A stretch of 60,130 nucleotides of DNA, counting the filler. It is 3 parts of 3 records of this genome, joined end to end, with 100 filler letters (N's around TTAATTAATTAA, not from the genome) between each part and the next. Parts side by side here need not be neighbours in the genome. Positions count along the whole stretch, not along the records: positions 46,272 to 60,130 come from SRR31156797_3299; 2 more parts are not named here. One strand, written 5' to 3'. The position numbers and the translations under genes are program-made. A model generated the notes under the pieces. It was not told the DNA's origin and did not search any database. It worked only from the letters and a program-made list of their open reading frames with translations. Positions 58,373-60,130 of the stretch are shown in pieces. How positions within the stretch are numbered: the first letter of the stretch is position 1; each line of letters opens with the position of its first letter.

Positions 58373-60130
58373 TTGAAGCGAATATTTTTACATACCATAT
58401 TTCTTGTACTACTGGTTTCGATTTTTAGCGGTTGTTCTACCGAGAAGAACACTCGTACGTCGCGAACTTTCCACAATGTAACATCAAGGTATAACATCTA
58501 TTTTAATGCCAACGAAAGTGTTAAAGAAGGTGTTGCAACCATTGAAGAACGAATTGAGGATGACTTTACACATATTTTACCAATTTACAAAGAAAGTGAT
58601 CCGTCAACCATTCGAATGGTAAAGTCGGATATGGATTATGCGGTGGTAAAATGTTCCAAATTAATTGAGATTCATTCAATAACACATAAGCCAAAACGGA
58701 AACGAGGAGGGGGCTCAAGAAAATACCAGGAATTTGCCAGCAAAGAGGAGTTTAATAAGTGGATTGATGACAGTTACCTGTTAATGGGTAAAGCCTATTT
58801 TTATCAGCATAATTATTTTGCAGCCATAGATAACTTCTCGTATGTGGTGCGTAAATACCCCAACGAAGAAACGGCCGACGAAGCTCAGGTTTGGATGATT
58901 AGGGCGTATACCGAGATGGAGCGTTATATCGAAGCCAACGAAGTTATTCAGGCAATTCAGGCATACGAAGATTTTCCTAAAAAATTCGAACGTGATTTTG
59001 CGGTTGCTACAGCTTATTATCATATGAAACAAAAGGAATATGATAGTGCAATTCGTATGTTGGATATTGCCGTTAAAAAAACATTCTGGAAAAAGGATAA
59101 AGCACGTTTGCAATATATCCTGGCTCAGCTTTACCAGGAGATAGGGCAAGGTGCTGCAGCATCGGAAGCATTCCGGAAGGTTACAAAAATGAGTCCCGAT
59201 TACCGAATGTCTTTTAACGCACGTATCAATGCTGCAGGTGTTTTTTCGGGAGAAGGGAATACCGAAGAATTTAAAAAGGAGCTTAATAAAATGCTTCGGG
59301 ACAAGAAGAATACTGATTTCAGGGATCAGATATATTATGCGCTTGGTAATATCTATTTCCGTGAGGGGAATCGCGATTTTGCCAAAGAAAACTACAGACA
59401 ATCGGTAGCTGCAAGTTTTAAAAATCAGTATCAACGAGCACTTTCGTCGATTACTCTGGCCGATATTTATTACGAAGATTTGAATTATCGGGGTGCCCAG
59501 TCGTATTACGATAGTGCCATGATAATTATTGATGATAACTATCCGGATTACGAAAATGTTTCGGCCCGCTATAAAAGTTTAACTACGTTGGTTGAAAACT
59601 TGTTAATGGTTGAACGGCATGATAGTTTGCAGCGCGTAGCTCAGATGCCCGAAGCCGAACGCGAAGCATTAATTGCAAGTTTAATGAAGAAAGAACAGGA
59701 ACGTCAGCGAAACATGGAAAATGTTGCCATACAGGGAGCCCAGAATTCGGGTTACTATCGCTCGAACCGCAACCGCATGGGAATGGGGAACAGTAGTGGA
59801 AGTGGCTGGTACTTTTATAATCCGCAAACGGTTTCGTATGGGCGTGTCACCTTCCAACAACAATGGGGAAGACGTACTCTTGAGGACGACTGGCGAAGAT
59901 CGAATAAAAACTCGATGTCGTTTGAAGAAGGAGAAGAGTTGGCCGAAGAGCTTGCTGAGGAGGAACAACGTGTTGAAGATCCGTTGAAGAAAGAATTTTA
60001 CACCCAGGATTTACCCTTAACAGACTCGTTAATGGAGGTTTCGCACGGGAAAATACGCGACGCCTTGTATAATGCAGGAAAGATATTTAAGGCTGAATTT
60101 GAGGATTATCCGCGTTCGGCAGAGTCGTTT
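58373..60130 (+). CDS. sprE: T9SS TPR lipoprotein SprE/PorW, runs off the window end (absent from the ORF track)
   Basis: Manual translation from TTG: MKRIFLHTIFLVLLVSIFSGCSTEKNTRTSRTFHNVTSRYNIYFNA, TPR-like repeats, and WYFYNPQTVSYGRVTFQQQWGRRTLEDDWRRSNK. TATTTTTG element at 58277-58284. Confidence 0.85.
   Translation, partial: MKRIFLHTIFLVLLVSIFSGCSTEKNTRTSRTFHNVTSRYNIYFNANESVKEGVATIEERIEDDFTHILPIYKESDPSTIRMVKSDMDYAVVKCSKLIEIHSITHKPKRKRGGGSRKYQEFASKEEFNKWIDDSYLLMGKAYFYQHNYFAAIDNFSYVVRKYPNEETADEAQVWMIRAYTEMERYIEANEVIQAIQAYEDFPKKFERDFAVATAYYHMKQKEYDSAIRMLDIAVKKTFWKKDKARLQYILAQLYQEIGQGAAASEAFRKVTKMSPDYRMSFNARINAAGVFSGEGNTEEFKKELNKMLRDKKNTDFRDQIYYALGNIYFREGNRDFAKENYRQSVAASFKNQYQRALSSITLADIYYEDLNYRGAQSYYDSAMIIIDDNYPDYENVSARYKSLTTLVENLLMVERHDSLQRVAQMPEAEREALIASLMKKEQERQRNMENVAIQGAQNSGYYRSNRNRMGMGNSSGSGWYFYNPQTVSYGRVTFQQQWGRRTLEDDWRRSNKNSMSFEEGEELAEELAEEEQRVEDPLKKEFYTQDLPLTDSLMEVSHGKIRDALYNAGKIFKAEFEDYPRSAESF

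Noticed and set aside
58781-59987. ORFs 58781-59434, 59681-59968 and 59721-59987
   Set aside because: Antisense or out-of-frame shadows of the sprE/porW frame.
1-60130. CRISPR arrays, IS elements, integrases, prophage or retron genes
   Set aside because: No regularly spaced repeats and no cas, transposase, recombinase, reverse transcriptase or phage structural ORFs seen.

Overview
The window is not one locus. It holds three unrelated fragments joined by 100-bp artificial spacers (N44-TTAATTAATTAA-N44) at 31022-31121 and 46172-46271. Taxonomy below is inferred from gene content and sequence style only. Fragment 1 (1-31021) looks like a sulfate-reducing Desulfobacterota (Desulfobulbales/Desulfocapsaceae-like). 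It is mostly core genome: radical SAM/SPASM maturase, Usp, argO/argP, a tripartite RND pump, class II DAHP synthase, lptA-lptB-rpoN-ptsN, argB-argD-mntP-argF-argG-argH-lipoprotein-dapF-dapA-dapB-folK, YHS protein, transaldolase, lytic transglycosylase, TauE, PilZ, EAL-HDOD and a truncated tRNA-Leu(CAA). Fragment 2 (31122-46171) is Desulfovibrionaceae-like and rich in signalling genes: a hybrid kinase-HPt plus REC-GGDEF converge on a LuxP (AI-2 receptor) and a LuxQ-periplasmic-domain kinase of non-Vibrio architecture, followed by a queuosine-precursor transporter/queF pair, arsR-arsP-zinc-binding protein, a second cyclase, a ComFB-family protein and an RND pump. Fragment 3 (46272-60130) is Bacteroidota (TAnnTTTG promoters, gldH, sprE/porW) with pgk, holB, ricT, trmB, an alkyltransferase-like protein and a cysteine-free Mrp. 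Best candidates for new biology are the rewired LuxP/LuxQ AI-2 module with a possible c-di-GMP output, a perfect 16-bp hairpin that buries the luxP ribosome-binding site, and a structured three-way-junction RNA leader upstream of an isoamylase early-set gene. No CRISPR array, transposase, integrase or prophage gene was seen.
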